Notes: a model not told the origin generated them from the letters alone. Shown: positions 11,015-21,040, numbered from the stretch's first letter. The stretch: DNA of 64,000 bases from Acidobacteriota bacterium (GCA_965205505.1 CBDBHB010000006.1:384001-448000); one strand, 5' to 3'. Made by a program: numbers and translations.

Positions 11015-11221
11015 CTAGCGCCCCCTCCGGCTGACCACGAACGCACAAAGGGCGTCCCCCAACGCAACTGCGAGAAGGACGCCCCCGATCAGCTCGTAGT
11101 CGCCCATAAGGAGCAGGGCAACACCGGCTATGAAGAACGCAATCGCCGAGGCGATCAGCACTATGACCACGAGCAAGCCAGATCTATCGTTCCCGCCCGC
11201 TGGCGGATCCGATTCGGCCAC
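11015..11221 (-). CDS. Small two-TM hypothetical protein
   Basis: 68-aa hydrophobic ORF filling the gap between co-oriented genes. Confidence 0.6.
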   Translation of the reverse strand: MAESDPPAGGNDRSGLLVVIVLIASAIAFFIAGVALLLMGDYELIGGVLLAVALGDALCAFVVSRRGR

Positions 11222-11237
11222 CCGGTGGTCCCTTCGA

Positions 11238-11567
11238 TCAGCCCATCATCGATGATCCGCCCATCGATGATCCACGGTCGGCGACGCGATCCTTCAGACC
11301 CTTTGCCGCCTTGAACGCTGCCACCGTGGTGGCGGCGATGTGGATCGTCGCTCCGGTGGCCGGGTTGCGGCCAAGACGCGCCTTACGATTGCGGGTTTCG
11401 AAGTTCCCGAAGCCGGCGATCGAGACCTTTCTGCCCGCATCGAGCTCGACGGCGAGGATCCCCTGCCCCGGCTTGGTCGAGAAGATGCAGTCGATGACTT
11501 CCTCGGCTTTGGCCTTGGAAAGGTCGCATTTGCCGGCCAACTTCGCAGCCATATCGGCCTTGGTCAT
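11238..11567 (-). CDS. hup: HU-family DNA-binding protein
   Basis: MTKADM start; GFGNF...RKARLGRNPATG...FKAAKGLK. Confidence 0.92.
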   Translation of the reverse strand: MTKADMAAKLAGKCDLSKAKAEEVIDCIFSTKPGQGILAVELDAGRKVSIAGFGNFETRNRKARLGRNPATGATIHIAATTVAAFKAAKGLKDRVADRGSSMGGSSMMG

Positions 11568-11772
11568 TTCCCCCCCACAGGAAGCAAGTAGTGTTTGATA
11601 GCTCCAGGCTGGACCCTCGAGGTCCAATTGTCGAGCCCGACGCGAGGGTTTTTGCGTTATGCCCCAAGGGGATTTCGGCGACTGAGCGAGGTCGGCGAGG
11701 CGTTCGCGAGGGTTGCACGAACGGGCTGGACCTGCGACTCCGATCCAATTGATTGGACCGGCCGCGATGGAA

Positions 11773-11808
11773 TGCGGAATTTTCAGCGAAATGTTGAATT
11801 TTCAACAT
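11773..11808. promoter_or_regulatory. Tandem palindromic operator, probably bound by the BlaI-family repressor
   Basis: ATGTTGAA-TT-TTCAACAT at 11791-11808 plus degenerate copy TGCGGAATTTTCAGCG at 11773-11788, about 50 nt upstream of the repressor gene. Confidence 0.6.
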
Positions 11809-11860
11809 GAACCATGTTAGGTTCGACGACGTTTGTACGCGTATTCAGGAGAGGGACGAA

Positions 11861-12244
11861 GTGAAGAAGCCAGGAACGCTCAGCCGTCGGGAGCGCGAGG
11901 TCATGGACATCCTGCACCGCAGAGGTGAATCGACGGCAGCCGAGGTTCGCGCCGCGATGACGAAGCCGCCGACAGACCCGGCGGTGCGATCAATCCTGAG
12001 GATTCTGGTCGAAAAGAGCCAGGTCGGCTTCGAGCAGCAGGGGCCGCGCTACGTTTACTCACCTACGGTGCCGCGGGAAGCGGCGCGCCGGTCGGCGCTC
12101 GACCACGTCCTGCAGACGTTCTTCGACGGATCCACAGAAGGCGCGTTGGCGGCGCTACTCGAGATTCGCAACGACAGGCTCACCGATGCGGAGCGGCGCA
12201 GCCTGAAGCGTTTGATCGATCGCGCCGCACGCGAGGGGCGCTGA
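11861..12244 (+). CDS. BlaI/MecI/CopY-family transcriptional repressor
   Basis: LSRREREVMDIL...VRSILRILVEK...RYVYSP...FFDGS; GTG start with AGGAGAGGG upstream. Confidence 0.92.
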   Translation: MKKPGTLSRREREVMDILHRRGESTAAEVRAAMTKPPTDPAVRSILRILVEKSQVGFEQQGPRYVYSPTVPREAARRSALDHVLQTFFDGSTEGALAALLEIRNDRLTDAERRSLKRLIDRAAREGR

Positions 12245-12245
12245 A

Positions 12246-14504
12246 ATGGGGCTGCCAGGACCCGAGCTCGGACTGCAGCTGACCGGATCGCTCCTGCTGG
12301 CCGCGACGCTACGCGGAACGGCGCTGGTATCGCTGGCGCTCGTCGCCGCCTTCTTCCTGCGACGTTCCACCGGCGCCGTGCGCCACATTCTGTGGAGCGT
12401 CACCATGGCCGGGCTCCTGGCAATGCCGGTGCTCTCGGGCCTCTTGCCCTCCCTGCCGCTGCCACTACCGACCGTTTTCTCGGCCGAGCCAGAGCGTCTG
12501 CCGGTGGCCGTGTCGCCGCAGCTTGCCGCACCAGGGCCAGCAGCAGTCGAGCCATTGGCCACCGTCCGAGACGCGGCTTCCACCCGTGAACCTGTTGCGC
12601 GTCGTGTCCCATCGCGCTCGGTCGGTGCCAGCGCCGCGATAGCCGTGGTTGGCGTTTGGATTCTCGGTGCGGGCGCCGTGGCGACCGCGTTGATGCTCGG
12701 CTTGCTGCGCGCCTGGCGAACAGCGACGCGTGCTGCGATCGTCCGGGACCCGGCTTGGCGGGCCGAGCTCGAGCAAATTCGCCGCCGGCTCCGTATCCGT
12801 CGTCCGGTGCGCCTGGTGTCGTCGCACGGCATCAGTACACCGCTCACCGGCGGGATCGTCCGACCGGTGGTGTTACTTCCCGAGCAGGCGCGCCACTGGG
12901 ATGCCGTGCGTCGTCGGCTCGTGCTACAGCACGAGCTCGTACACGTACGGCGCCTCGATGCGCTGCGCCAGCTGCTAACTCGCCTTGCGGTGTGTGCATA
13001 CTGGTTCCACCCACTCGTCTGGGTTGCCTCGCGCATGGCGATGCTGGCGCGTGAGCAGACATGCGACGAAGAAATGATCGCCCTCGGCAACCTGCCATCG
13101 GTATACGCCCGTCATCTGCTCGAGCTGTCGGCGGGAGCCCGGTCCCCGGGTGCGGCACTCGCCATGATTGAACGTCCCCACCTGGAGAAACGATTGATGG
13201 CCATTCTCGAACTTCGTCGACGCGGCGCGAGCACAATGCTCGGCGTTGCAACGGGCCTGGGCATGGTGATAGCTGCACTGTCGGTTGCGGCAGCGCAGCC
13301 GCAGGAGGCGGCGCCGTTACCGCCTCTGCCGCCCCGGTCCATTCCGGCGCCCGTTCGGTTGCCCGTCCAGGTTTCGACGCTGGCGCCCTTGTCGGCGCCG
13401 CTGGGCGCGGTTCCGCCGTCCGGCCTCGCGACGCCGATTGCCCCTCCGGCGATCGCCCTTTTGCCGATCGCCCCTCTGCCGATTGCCCCGCCGGCGAAGC
13501 CACAGTTCCCGACGGGGGGTCGCAGCTGCCAGCTGGAGGGTATGCACGGAAACTTCAGTGGCACGTGGAGCACCAGGCGGGACGATACCGGCGCGACGTT
13601 CGTCGAGCGCTTTGGCAACGACAACAGCGATCGCGTGATCCAGAAGCACATCGGTGACCTGCGGCTCTGCATGCGGGTCCATGGCGCTGTGGATCTGGGG
13701 TCCGAGGGTGATCGCATCGGGCCGGTAGGCGAGGGCGGCTGGCTCGTCATGGAGTCGGAGCTCGACGGCGTTGTCAAACGACTCGAGATCGCCTCCGTTG
13801 ACGGCGGCTCGGAAGCCGGCTGGTCCGTCGACGGCCAGGAGCAGGCCTTCGATCAACATGCGCGGGCCTGGCGCGACCAAGTTCTGGGGGTGCTAGCCGA
13901 CTATTGGGAGATCAGCCAGCTACGTGGGCAGGTAAGCAGTCTGCGCGGCCAGATCTCCTCGACGAAAGGGCAGGTCAGCAGCATGCGTGGTCAGATTTCC
14001 TCGGCACGAGGGCACGTGAGCAGTTTGCGCGGTCGCATCTCCAGCCATCGAGGGCGGATTTCGAGCTTGAACGTAGCGACGCACGCCACCCGAGACGAGG
14101 AAACGCAGAGTCGGCTCGCCGAGGAGATCCGTGAGGCTGAGGCCGTGATTCGTGAGATCGAGAGTGAGATCGACGAGTATGACGTGGAGGGAAGGGCTGC
14201 AGAGATCGAGCGCCTGATCGAAGAATTCGACGTTGATTCGAGTGTCGACGAGATCGAGCGCGAGATCGAGAACTACGACCTCGCAGCCAAGGTTGCCGAG
14301 ATCGAGCGCCAAATCGAGGCCTTTGATCTGGAGTCACGGATCGCCGAAATCGAGCAACAGATCGAGGCGCTCGATGTCGATGGCAAAGTGCGGGAGCTCG
14401 AGCAGCGTATCGAGGCGCTCGACGTCAAGCGTCGAGTCGAGCAGATCCAGGCCAGCCTCGAGCCCAAGCTGGCGACACTGCGGCAGCTGGTGCCGGTGTC
14501 CTGA
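12246..14504 (+). CDS. M56 (BlaR1-like) metallopeptidase with repetitive extracytoplasmic C-terminus
   Basis: HELVH zinc motif, YWFHPLVW, REQTCD; follows the BlaI gene; C-terminal 7-aa and 16-aa repeats. Confidence 0.9.
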   Translation: MGLPGPELGLQLTGSLLLAATLRGTALVSLALVAAFFLRRSTGAVRHILWSVTMAGLLAMPVLSGLLPSLPLPLPTVFSAEPERLPVAVSPQLAAPGPAAVEPLATVRDAASTREPVARRVPSRSVGASAAIAVVGVWILGAGAVATALMLGLLRAWRTATRAAIVRDPAWRAELEQIRRRLRIRRPVRLVSSHGISTPLTGGIVRPVVLLPEQARHWDAVRRRLVLQHELVHVRRLDALRQLLTRLAVCAYWFHPLVWVASRMAMLAREQTCDEEMIALGNLPSVYARHLLELSAGARSPGAALAMIERPHLEKRLMAILELRRRGASTMLGVATGLGMVIAALSVAAAQPQEAAPLPPLPPRSIPAPVRLPVQVSTLAPLSAPLGAVPPSGLATPIAPPAIALLPIAPLPIAPPAKPQFPTGGRSCQLEGMHGNFSGTWSTRRDDTGATFVERFGNDNSDRVIQKHIGDLRLCMRVHGAVDLGSEGDRIGPVGEGGWLVMESELDGVVKRLEIASVDGGSEAGWSVDGQEQAFDQHARAWRDQVLGVLADYWEISQLRGQVSSLRGQISSTKGQVSSMRGQISSARGHVSSLRGRISSHRGRISSLNVATHATRDEETQSRLAEEIREAEAVIREIESEIDEYDVEGRAAEIERLIEEFDVDSSVDEIEREIENYDLAAKVAEIERQIEAFDLESRIAEIEQQIEALDVDGKVRELEQRIEALDVKRRVEQIQASLEPKLATLRQLVPVS

Positions 14505-14505
14505 C

Positions 14506-14914
14506 TCAGCACACTATCGTCGCGGCGGCGGCGGCCCGCCGGGCGGTCGGGGCGGCGGACGGCGGACGGCGCGCGAAGCTCTCCAAACGCTGGCGCTGCT
14601 CGCCGTCCAAGTGCTCGCTGAGCTCGGCGATCATCGCGTAGAGCGCGGCGCGAAGCTCGTCGCGGGATCCACGGTCGATCTGCTGGTTGCGTTCGGCAGT
14701 TGCCTCCAGAATCGGGTGGATCGCTTGCCGCTGCTGTTCGTCTCGCGGACCTATGATGCGCTCCAAAGTGACGTACGAAACCTTGTCTGTCGCCAAGACC
14801 CTGGATCATCCCGAAGCGGAATTGCTGTAGGGCGCCGCCGAGGAACACGCCGAGCACAACGCCAATCGCCAACGTAATGCCGAGCAGCAGGGACGAGCGG
14901 GTACTGGGCCTCAC
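14506..14914 (-). pseudogene. Frameshifted membrane-anchored helical protein (Spy/CpxP-like), third gene of an ECF operon
   Basis: MRPSTRSSLLLGITLAIGVVLG...GFVRH joins LERIIGPRDEQQRQAI if one base is removed at 14765-14767. Confidence 0.65.
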
Positions 14915-15154
14915 AGCGAATCGCCAACGCTGACGTCGGGTAGCTTGTCAGCCAACTGGTAGGCGGCCTCGATCGAAACAGGCTCGAGGCCCAGAGCCGC
15001 CTCCATGAGAGATTGGCCCTCCACGGGCTCTGTCCACAGCACGCTGTAGCCGACCAGCAAGAGCGTGACAGCTGCCGCCGCCGCCGCAAGTCGCCAAAAC
15101 TGTTGCAAGAGCACCAAGCCGCTCGGTTTCGGTTTTCGGTGCTCGCTCAGTCAT
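14911..15154 (-). pseudogene. Truncated, frameshifted putative anti-sigma membrane protein
   Basis: ATG 15154 overlaps the end of the sigma gene; joins the TM segment QQFWRLAAAAAAVTLLLVGY if one base is removed, e.g. at 15133-15136. Confidence 0.55.
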
Positions 15155-15747
15155 CCGACTCGGCCGCCCATGGTCGGAGCATCGGCTTCAGCGTCTTCAT
15201 GGCCCGGGACAGACGCGACATGATGGTCCCCTGCGGAACCCCGAGAAGCTCCGCCGTCTCGCGGGTCGAGTAGCCTTCGATCATACGCAGAACCACGATC
15301 GCCCGATGATCGGCTCCGAGTGAGCGGATCGCGGCATGCACCGCCCCGACTACATCGCCGCTCGACACGGCGCGCTCGCCACTCACGGCCGACTCGGCCA
15401 GAGGAGTCTCATCGGCGGAACGGTCACGGCTGACGAATCGGTCGAGCAGCCTGCGTCGGCGTTTTTAGCGCGTTGAGTGACTGATTGATGGCGATGCGGG
15501 TCAGGTAGGTCTTCACTGCCGCCTCGCCGCGGAACCTGGAGAGCGATCTATAGAAGCGCACGAAGACCTCCTGGCCGACGTCGCCGGCGCCGTGGCCCAG
15601 CATGCCGATTACCGTTGCTGCCACCGCTCCCTCGTAGCGCTCCACCAGTATCCTGAACGCCTGTTCGTCGCCGCTCTGTGCCCGGTCGACCAGGCTCCGA
15701 TCATCTTCATCGGAGGCTGGAGTTGAATCGCGCACAGGAGTCTCCAT
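15147..15747 (-). pseudogene. ECF sigma-70 factor split by a +1 frameshift
   Basis: Region 2 (DVGQEVFVRFYRSLSRFRGE...TYLTRIAIN) and region 4 (EGYSTRETAELLGVPQGTIMSRLSRA) lie in different frames; extra base in the T5 run at 15462-15466. Confidence 0.85.
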
Positions 15748-15985
15748 GACCGTCGCTTATTAGACAGTCCAGTCAACGGTCTCATTCCATCTGTCGTCAC
15801 CGGAATCGACACTTGCGTCCGGAGACCCAGCGGCTGGGCGCGTTTCGCATCTTGATGTCGCCGTGGGAGGCTGCCCGTTGGGTCACCAGGCCTGTGAACG
15901 ACAGGCTAGACTCCTCGACTGGCGGCCTCACCGTCGGCGGAGCTCTGACGACGGTGAGCGCCATCGGGTGCCACAGGGGGGCGCG

Positions 15986-17230
15986 ATGCGTCGGGCGACT
16001 TCAACGGTGGGAGCCGTACTTGTAGCGGTGCTGATGGCCGCGCCTGTCGGATGTGGCTCAATTCGAGGTGAGTCTTCGAGCTTGCCGCCAACGCTGATCT
16101 TGATCTCGATGGACGGCTTCCGCTCCGACTATATCGAGCGGGTCGAGACACCGCACCTGGATCGCGTAATCGCCGGCGGGGTGCGTGCTGAGGGGCTGAT
16201 CCCGCCGTTCCCGAGCAAGACCTTCCCAGGCCACTACACGTTGGTGACCGGCCTCTATCCAGGTCACCACGGAATCATCTCCAACAACATGCGCGATCCG
16301 GGGTGGCCAGAGGAGTTCGGTTTGAACCGGCGGCGCGAGGTGGAGAACGGTCGTTGGTGGGGCGGCGAGCCGATTTGGGTGGCCGCACAGCGTCAAGGAC
16401 TCCGGTCGGCCGTCTACTTTTGGCCGGGATCCGAGGCGGCTGTGCAGGGGGTACGTCCGACTCACTGGTACAAGTTCGACGCCAGCGTTCCGTTCGAGGC
16501 ACGCGTCGACCAGGTCCTCGAGTGGATCGATCTTCCCGCCAACGAGCGCCCGTCGCTCATCGCGCTGTACTTGGGAGAGCCCAACGACAGCGGCCATCGC
16601 TTCGGCCCGTTGGCCGACGAGACGATGGCGGCGATTCGTCGTGTCGATGCGACCGTTGGACGTTTGCTCGACGGTCTCGACGAACGTCACATACGGCAGT
16701 CGACCAATATCGTCTTGGTCGCCGACCATGGCATGGCGCAGATGGACTCCGAACGAGTGATATTGGTCGATGACCTCGTCGATCTCGAACCCGACGAGGT
16801 TTTCGAGCAAGGTGCGCTGCTGCAGGTGTTTCCGCGCCCCGGTCGCGAAGATCTGATCTATGATGCGCTGGCTGGTGCCCATCCGAACCTGCACGTCTAT
16901 CGTCGCGACGAACTGCCAGCGCGGCTGCGCCTATACGACCACCCGCGACTGCCGCCGATACTGGCGACACCGGATGTGGGATGGGAAGTTCTCACACGCT
17001 CGCGGCGCGCCGAGTGGGGCAACAGAATGATCGCTGGCGATCACGGCCAGGACCCGACGCATCCGGACATGCAGGCGATCTTCGTCGCCGCCGGGCCGGC
17101 GTTCGCCAGCGGCGTCATCGTGCCACCAATCGAGGCGGTCGACGTCTACGGCCTGCTCGCCGCCGCGCTCGGTATCCGGGTGCCCGACAACGACGGCAAC
17201 CCGGCTCGCACCTCCAGCATCCTGCGCTAA
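15986..17230 (+). CDS. Nucleotide pyrophosphatase/phosphodiesterase (alkaline phosphatase superfamily)
   Basis: ISMDGFR, PSKTFPGHYTLVTGLYP, DSGH, ADHGM, GDHG; signal-like N-terminus. Confidence 0.92.
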   Translation: MRRATSTVGAVLVAVLMAAPVGCGSIRGESSSLPPTLILISMDGFRSDYIERVETPHLDRVIAGGVRAEGLIPPFPSKTFPGHYTLVTGLYPGHHGIISNNMRDPGWPEEFGLNRRREVENGRWWGGEPIWVAAQRQGLRSAVYFWPGSEAAVQGVRPTHWYKFDASVPFEARVDQVLEWIDLPANERPSLIALYLGEPNDSGHRFGPLADETMAAIRRVDATVGRLLDGLDERHIRQSTNIVLVADHGMAQMDSERVILVDDLVDLEPDEVFEQGALLQVFPRPGREDLIYDALAGAHPNLHVYRRDELPARLRLYDHPRLPPILATPDVGWEVLTRSRRAEWGNRMIAGDHGQDPTHPDMQAIFVAAGPAFASGVIVPPIEAVDVYGLLAAALGIRVPDNDGNPARTSSILR

Positions 17231-17297
17231 CCAGTCGCGCGGGCCTTCGGGCGTCGGCTCGGGATAGAACAGGGCATCTTCCTCCGGTCGGGTAGTC

Positions 17298-18791
17298 CTA
17301 CCCTGCCGCCTGTTCCTCGCGCTTTTTCCGGGCGACCTCGAGCTTGCGTAGATATCGGATCATGCGGTCGAGTCGGGCGCGTGCTTTGTCTCGCGACATC
17401 ATCTCGAGCACTTCGAAGATGCCGGGCGATGCCTTCTTGCCGGTAAGCGCGACGCGGACCACGTGGATCAGATCGGCGGCCTCGCGGTCCATGCCCTCGA
17501 CGACCTCGCGAAGCGTCGTCTCGAGCTCTTCCTGTTCCCAAGGATCGACCTGCAGCAAGATCTCGCGAAACGCCTCGACCAAGCCGAGGACATCCTTGCC
17601 CTGAATGTGCTCCTTGATGCCGTCGGGCTGGTACGCGAACGCCTCGGTCAGGAAAGGCGCGATGTTGTCGGCGAGCTCGTTCGTTGTCCGCGCCCTCGAC
17701 TGCCACAGCTCGATCAGCGCGAAGAAGTAGTCGCGCCGCTCCATATCGAGCTCTTCCTCCCAGCAACCACGAACGCGTAGCGCATCACGCACGGCTTCAC
17801 GCAGCTCTCCGGCAGGAACCTTGGAGATGTACTCACCGTTGAGCCAGGAGAGCTTCTCGAGGTCGAACTTCGGGTTCGACTTGTTGACGCCCTCCAGGGA
17901 GAACTCGCTGATCAGCTCGGTAACGGTGAATACCTCGCGGTCGTCGCCTGCGTTCCAGCCAAGCAGCGACAGGTAGTTGACCACGGCGCCAGGGAGGTAG
18001 CCCTTGTCATGGAAGTAGGTGACGGAGGTTGCCCCGTGACGCTTCGACAGGCGCTTGCCGTCCTGCCCCAAGATGAGCGGCAGGTGGCCGAACTCCGGCA
18101 GCTTGGCATCGAGCGCTTGATAGACGAGCACCTGCTTCGGCGTGTTCGACAGGTGGTCGGCGCCGCGGATTACGTGTGTGATCCCCATCTCGATGTCGTC
18201 GACGACGTTGGAAAGGTGATACGTGGGCTTCTCGTCGGAGCGCAGCAGCACGAAGTCCTCGATGGTCGAGCACTCGAAGGCGACCTCGCCCTGCACCAGA
18301 TCGTTGACGGTGATCGACCCTTCACCGGGGACCTTGAAGCGAACCGTATGCGGCTCCTCGGCCTCGATGCGCTTGCGTACCTCATCCGCGGCCAGATCGC
18401 GATCGGCTCCACGGTAGACCCAGTTCTCCTCCTGGTCGTCATGGAGCTCCTGCCGCTGCTCGTCGAGCACTTCCTGGCTAGCGAAGCAGTAGTAGGCATG
18501 GCCCGAGTTCATCAGCAGCGATATGTAGTCGCGATACAGATCCAAGCGCTCGCTCTGGCTTACCGGTCCCTCGTCCCAGTCGAGCCCGAGCCAGGTAAGG
18601 GAGTTGAGGATCGAGTCCAGGAACTCGTCCTGCGAGCGCTGCTCATCGGTGTCCTCGAGTCGCAGAATGAACTTGCCGTCGTGGTGGTGAGCGAACAGCC
18701 AGTTGTAGAGCGCCGTGCGGGCACCGCCGACATGCAGCTCACCGGTGGGACTGGGCGCGAAGCGAACGCGAACCACGGACTTGTCGGACAT
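17298..18791 (-). CDS. gltX: Glutamate--tRNA ligase
   Basis: RFAPSPTGELHVGG, RLEDTD, HVIRGADH, KRLSKRHG. Confidence 0.96.
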   Translation of the reverse strand: MSDKSVVRVRFAPSPTGELHVGGARTALYNWLFAHHHDGKFILRLEDTDEQRSQDEFLDSILNSLTWLGLDWDEGPVSQSERLDLYRDYISLLMNSGHAYYCFASQEVLDEQRQELHDDQEENWVYRGADRDLAADEVRKRIEAEEPHTVRFKVPGEGSITVNDLVQGEVAFECSTIEDFVLLRSDEKPTYHLSNVVDDIEMGITHVIRGADHLSNTPKQVLVYQALDAKLPEFGHLPLILGQDGKRLSKRHGATSVTYFHDKGYLPGAVVNYLSLLGWNAGDDREVFTVTELISEFSLEGVNKSNPKFDLEKLSWLNGEYISKVPAGELREAVRDALRVRGCWEEELDMERRDYFFALIELWQSRARTTNELADNIAPFLTEAFAYQPDGIKEHIQGKDVLGLVEAFREILLQVDPWEQEELETTLREVVEGMDREAADLIHVVRVALTGKKASPGIFEVLEMMSRDKARARLDRMIRYLRKLEVARKKREEQAAG

Positions 18792-18982
18792 TCACTACCT
18801 CTCGATGGACAGATGCAGAGCTCGACAGATTCAGAAGGGGTGTCTCGCGGAAGGAGGAAACAACCTCGCGGGCGGCTCGGCGGGGCGAATCGACTCCTGA
18901 TTAATGAACGGCCCCTGCCGGCCTCGACGTCGGAATGGTAGCCGGTCGGCGGCAGTATCGCCAGCCGCGGTCTATCGCAGCG

Positions 18983-19318
18983 TCAGTTGCGCGGACGGAC
19001 GAAGCCGCATACCTGACATTCAAGCGCCGTGCGCCTAGCCGCGATCAACATCACGCCCAGCAGTGCGAACACCGCACCGGGTAGTAGCGAACGTCCTGTC
19101 ACCCAGCCCAGCAGCACCGCCCAGAAGGCCAGAGTGATGAGCGTGACACCGCCGAACGGGCTGAATCGATGTCGCTTGCTCAGCGTCCACGACCCGGGGG
19201 CATCGCACGACTGGCAAACATCATCGGCCGCCCCCGCATTACGCGTTGCAGCGGCTACAGGGTCGGCAATATCGACCAAGCCCGGGCCGTCGTGTGGATC
19301 AAGCTTGCTGGCGCTCAC
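18983..19318 (-). CDS. Small membrane protein with a split zinc ribbon
   Basis: CQSC, hydrophobic hairpin, CQVC; GTG start at 19318 avoids overlap with the tRNA. Confidence 0.6.
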   Translation of the reverse strand: MSASKLDPHDGPGLVDIADPVAAATRNAGAADDVCQSCDAPGSWTLSKRHRFSPFGGVTLITLAFWAVLLGWVTGRSLLPGAVFALLGVMLIAARRTALECQVCGFVRPRN

Positions 19319-19360
19319 GGCTCGGATTGTACGCGACCTGGGCGGCCTTCGCGGAAAAGG

Positions 19361-19449
19361 CGGAGGGGGTGGGATTCGAACCCACGGCACGGAATGAACC
19401 GTGCAACGGCTTAGCAGGCCGCCCTATTCGTCCGCTCTAGCACCCCTCC
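19361..19449 (-). tRNA. tRNA-Ser(GCT)
   Basis: Acceptor GGAGGGG/CCCCTCC, anticodon arm GCGGC-CTGCTAA-GCCGT, long variable arm, GGTTCGAATCC; CCA not fully encoded. Confidence 0.96.
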
Positions 19450-19489
19450 AACGGGACTGATCTCCATGCACCGGCGACTGAGGCGGAGG

Positions 19490-19582
19490 CGGAGGCAGAA
19501 GGATTCGAACCTTCGGACCGCCTTTGAAAGCGGTCAACGGTTTTCAAGACCGCCGCATTCAACCGGACTCTGCCATGCCTCC
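19490..19582 (-). tRNA. tRNA-Ser(TGA)
   Basis: Acceptor GGAGGCA/TGCCTCC, anticodon arm GCGGT-CTTGAAA-ACCGT, long variable arm, GGTTCGAATCC. Confidence 0.96.
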
Positions 19583-19631
19583 GGATGAGCGGTAGGTTAC
19601 CAAGACCGGGCGTGCGAGGTAGCCCGGGTGG

Positions 19632-20921
19632 CTAACCGCCCGGGCGGTCGATTGGGTCGATGCGCTCGATATCGGCCAGGTATGGGCGCAGGGCCTTCGG
19701 TACCTTCACCGTGCCATCGGCTTGCTGCTGATTCTCCAGGAGCGCCACGAGGGCGCGACCAACCGCAATCCCGGAGCCGTTCAGGGTGTGGGCCAGCCGC
19801 GTCTTTCCATCGCCATCGGGCCGGTAACGAATGTCGGCGCGTCGCGCCTGGAAGTCGGTGCAGTTGCTGCACGACGAGATCTCTCGATAACGATGCTGCG
19901 AGGGTAGCCAAACCTCCAGGTCGTAGGTCTTGGCGGCAGCGAAGCCCATGTCGCCCGTCGACAGCGTGATCACGCGATACGGCAACTCCAGACCCTGCAG
20001 AATGCGTTCGGCGTCGGCGGTGAGCGTCTCCAGCGCCTCGAAAGAGGATTCCGCATCGGTGATCCAGACGAGCTCGACCTTGTTGAACTGGTGCATGCGT
20101 ATGAGCCCGCGAGTGTCGCGGCCGTAAGAGCCCGCTTCACGCCGGAAACACGACGTGTGGGCGCAGTACTTCACCGGAAGATCTGTCGCGGCGAGAATCT
20201 CCGCGCTGTGGAGGTTTATCAGCGGCACTTCGGAGGTCGGAATCAGGTACAGATCGTCGCCGCCCACGAAGAAGGCGTCGGCGGCGAACTTTGGCAACTG
20301 GCCGCTTCCCCGCATCGCCTGCGGTGTTACCAGCAGCGGCGTGAGCACCTCCAGGTAGCCGTTGCTCGTATGTACATCCAGCATGTAGGCAGCGAGCGCC
20401 CGCTCAAGCCTTGCGCCGGCACCGAATTGCACCGAAAAGCGTGCTCCAGAGAGCTTTGCCGCACGCGCGAAGTCGAGGATGCCGAGCGACTCACCGAGCT
20501 CGACGTGATCGCGGGGTTCGAAGTCGAGCTCTGTTGGCTGACCCCAGGTGCGCTCAGTGCGGTTGGCCGCCTCGTCCTCGCCCGGCGGCACGCTCTCATG
20601 CGGCAGATTCGGCATGCGGAGCATATCGTCGCGAATCGCCGCTTCAACGCCCTTGAGCGTGCCCTCGAGCTCCTTGATCCGATCGCCTACGCTACGCATG
20701 CGCGCCATGATCTGGCTGGCGTCGGCACCGCTGCGTTTGAGCTCGCCGATCCGTTTGCTGGTTTCGTTACGCTCTGCCTGCAGCCCTTCGACCTCGCCGA
20801 TGAGCGCACGTCGCTGTCCGTCGCGGTTCATCAGCGCGTCGATGTCTACATCCGAGTGGCGCTGTGCCAGCGCCTTGCGCACTTGGTCGGGATGTTGGCG
20901 GATGATGCTGAAGTCGAGCAT
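19632..20921 (-). CDS. serS: Serine--tRNA ligase
   Basis: MLD start; LIPTSE, FRREAGSYGRDTRGLIRMHQFNKVE, YREISSCS, HTLNGSG. Confidence 0.97.
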   Translation of the reverse strand: MLDFSIIRQHPDQVRKALAQRHSDVDIDALMNRDGQRRALIGEVEGLQAERNETSKRIGELKRSGADASQIMARMRSVGDRIKELEGTLKGVEAAIRDDMLRMPNLPHESVPPGEDEAANRTERTWGQPTELDFEPRDHVELGESLGILDFARAAKLSGARFSVQFGAGARLERALAAYMLDVHTSNGYLEVLTPLLVTPQAMRGSGQLPKFAADAFFVGGDDLYLIPTSEVPLINLHSAEILAATDLPVKYCAHTSCFRREAGSYGRDTRGLIRMHQFNKVELVWITDAESSFEALETLTADAERILQGLELPYRVITLSTGDMGFAAAKTYDLEVWLPSQHRYREISSCSNCTDFQARRADIRYRPDGDGKTRLAHTLNGSGIAVGRALVALLENQQQADGTVKVPKALRPYLADIERIDPIDRPGG

Positions 20922-21040
20922 TCGGGAGACCTGGGTGGCGAAACACAAAGGCACTACCGAGAGGATACCGGGGCCGCCGATGGCGCACGAGTACGCGTGG
21001 TAGCTTCGGGCGTTCCAGTTTTCGACAGCACAGGATCACC

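Noticed and set aside
13917-14465. Periodic DNA repeats as a CRISPR or non-coding array
   Set aside because: They are degenerate in-frame coding repeats; no constant repeat-spacer structure or cas genes were seen in the window
19478-19497. GCCTCC repeats at the tRNA-Ser(TGA) 3' end as a prophage/island att site
   Set aside because: Very short, no integrase, and no distant copy noticed in the window
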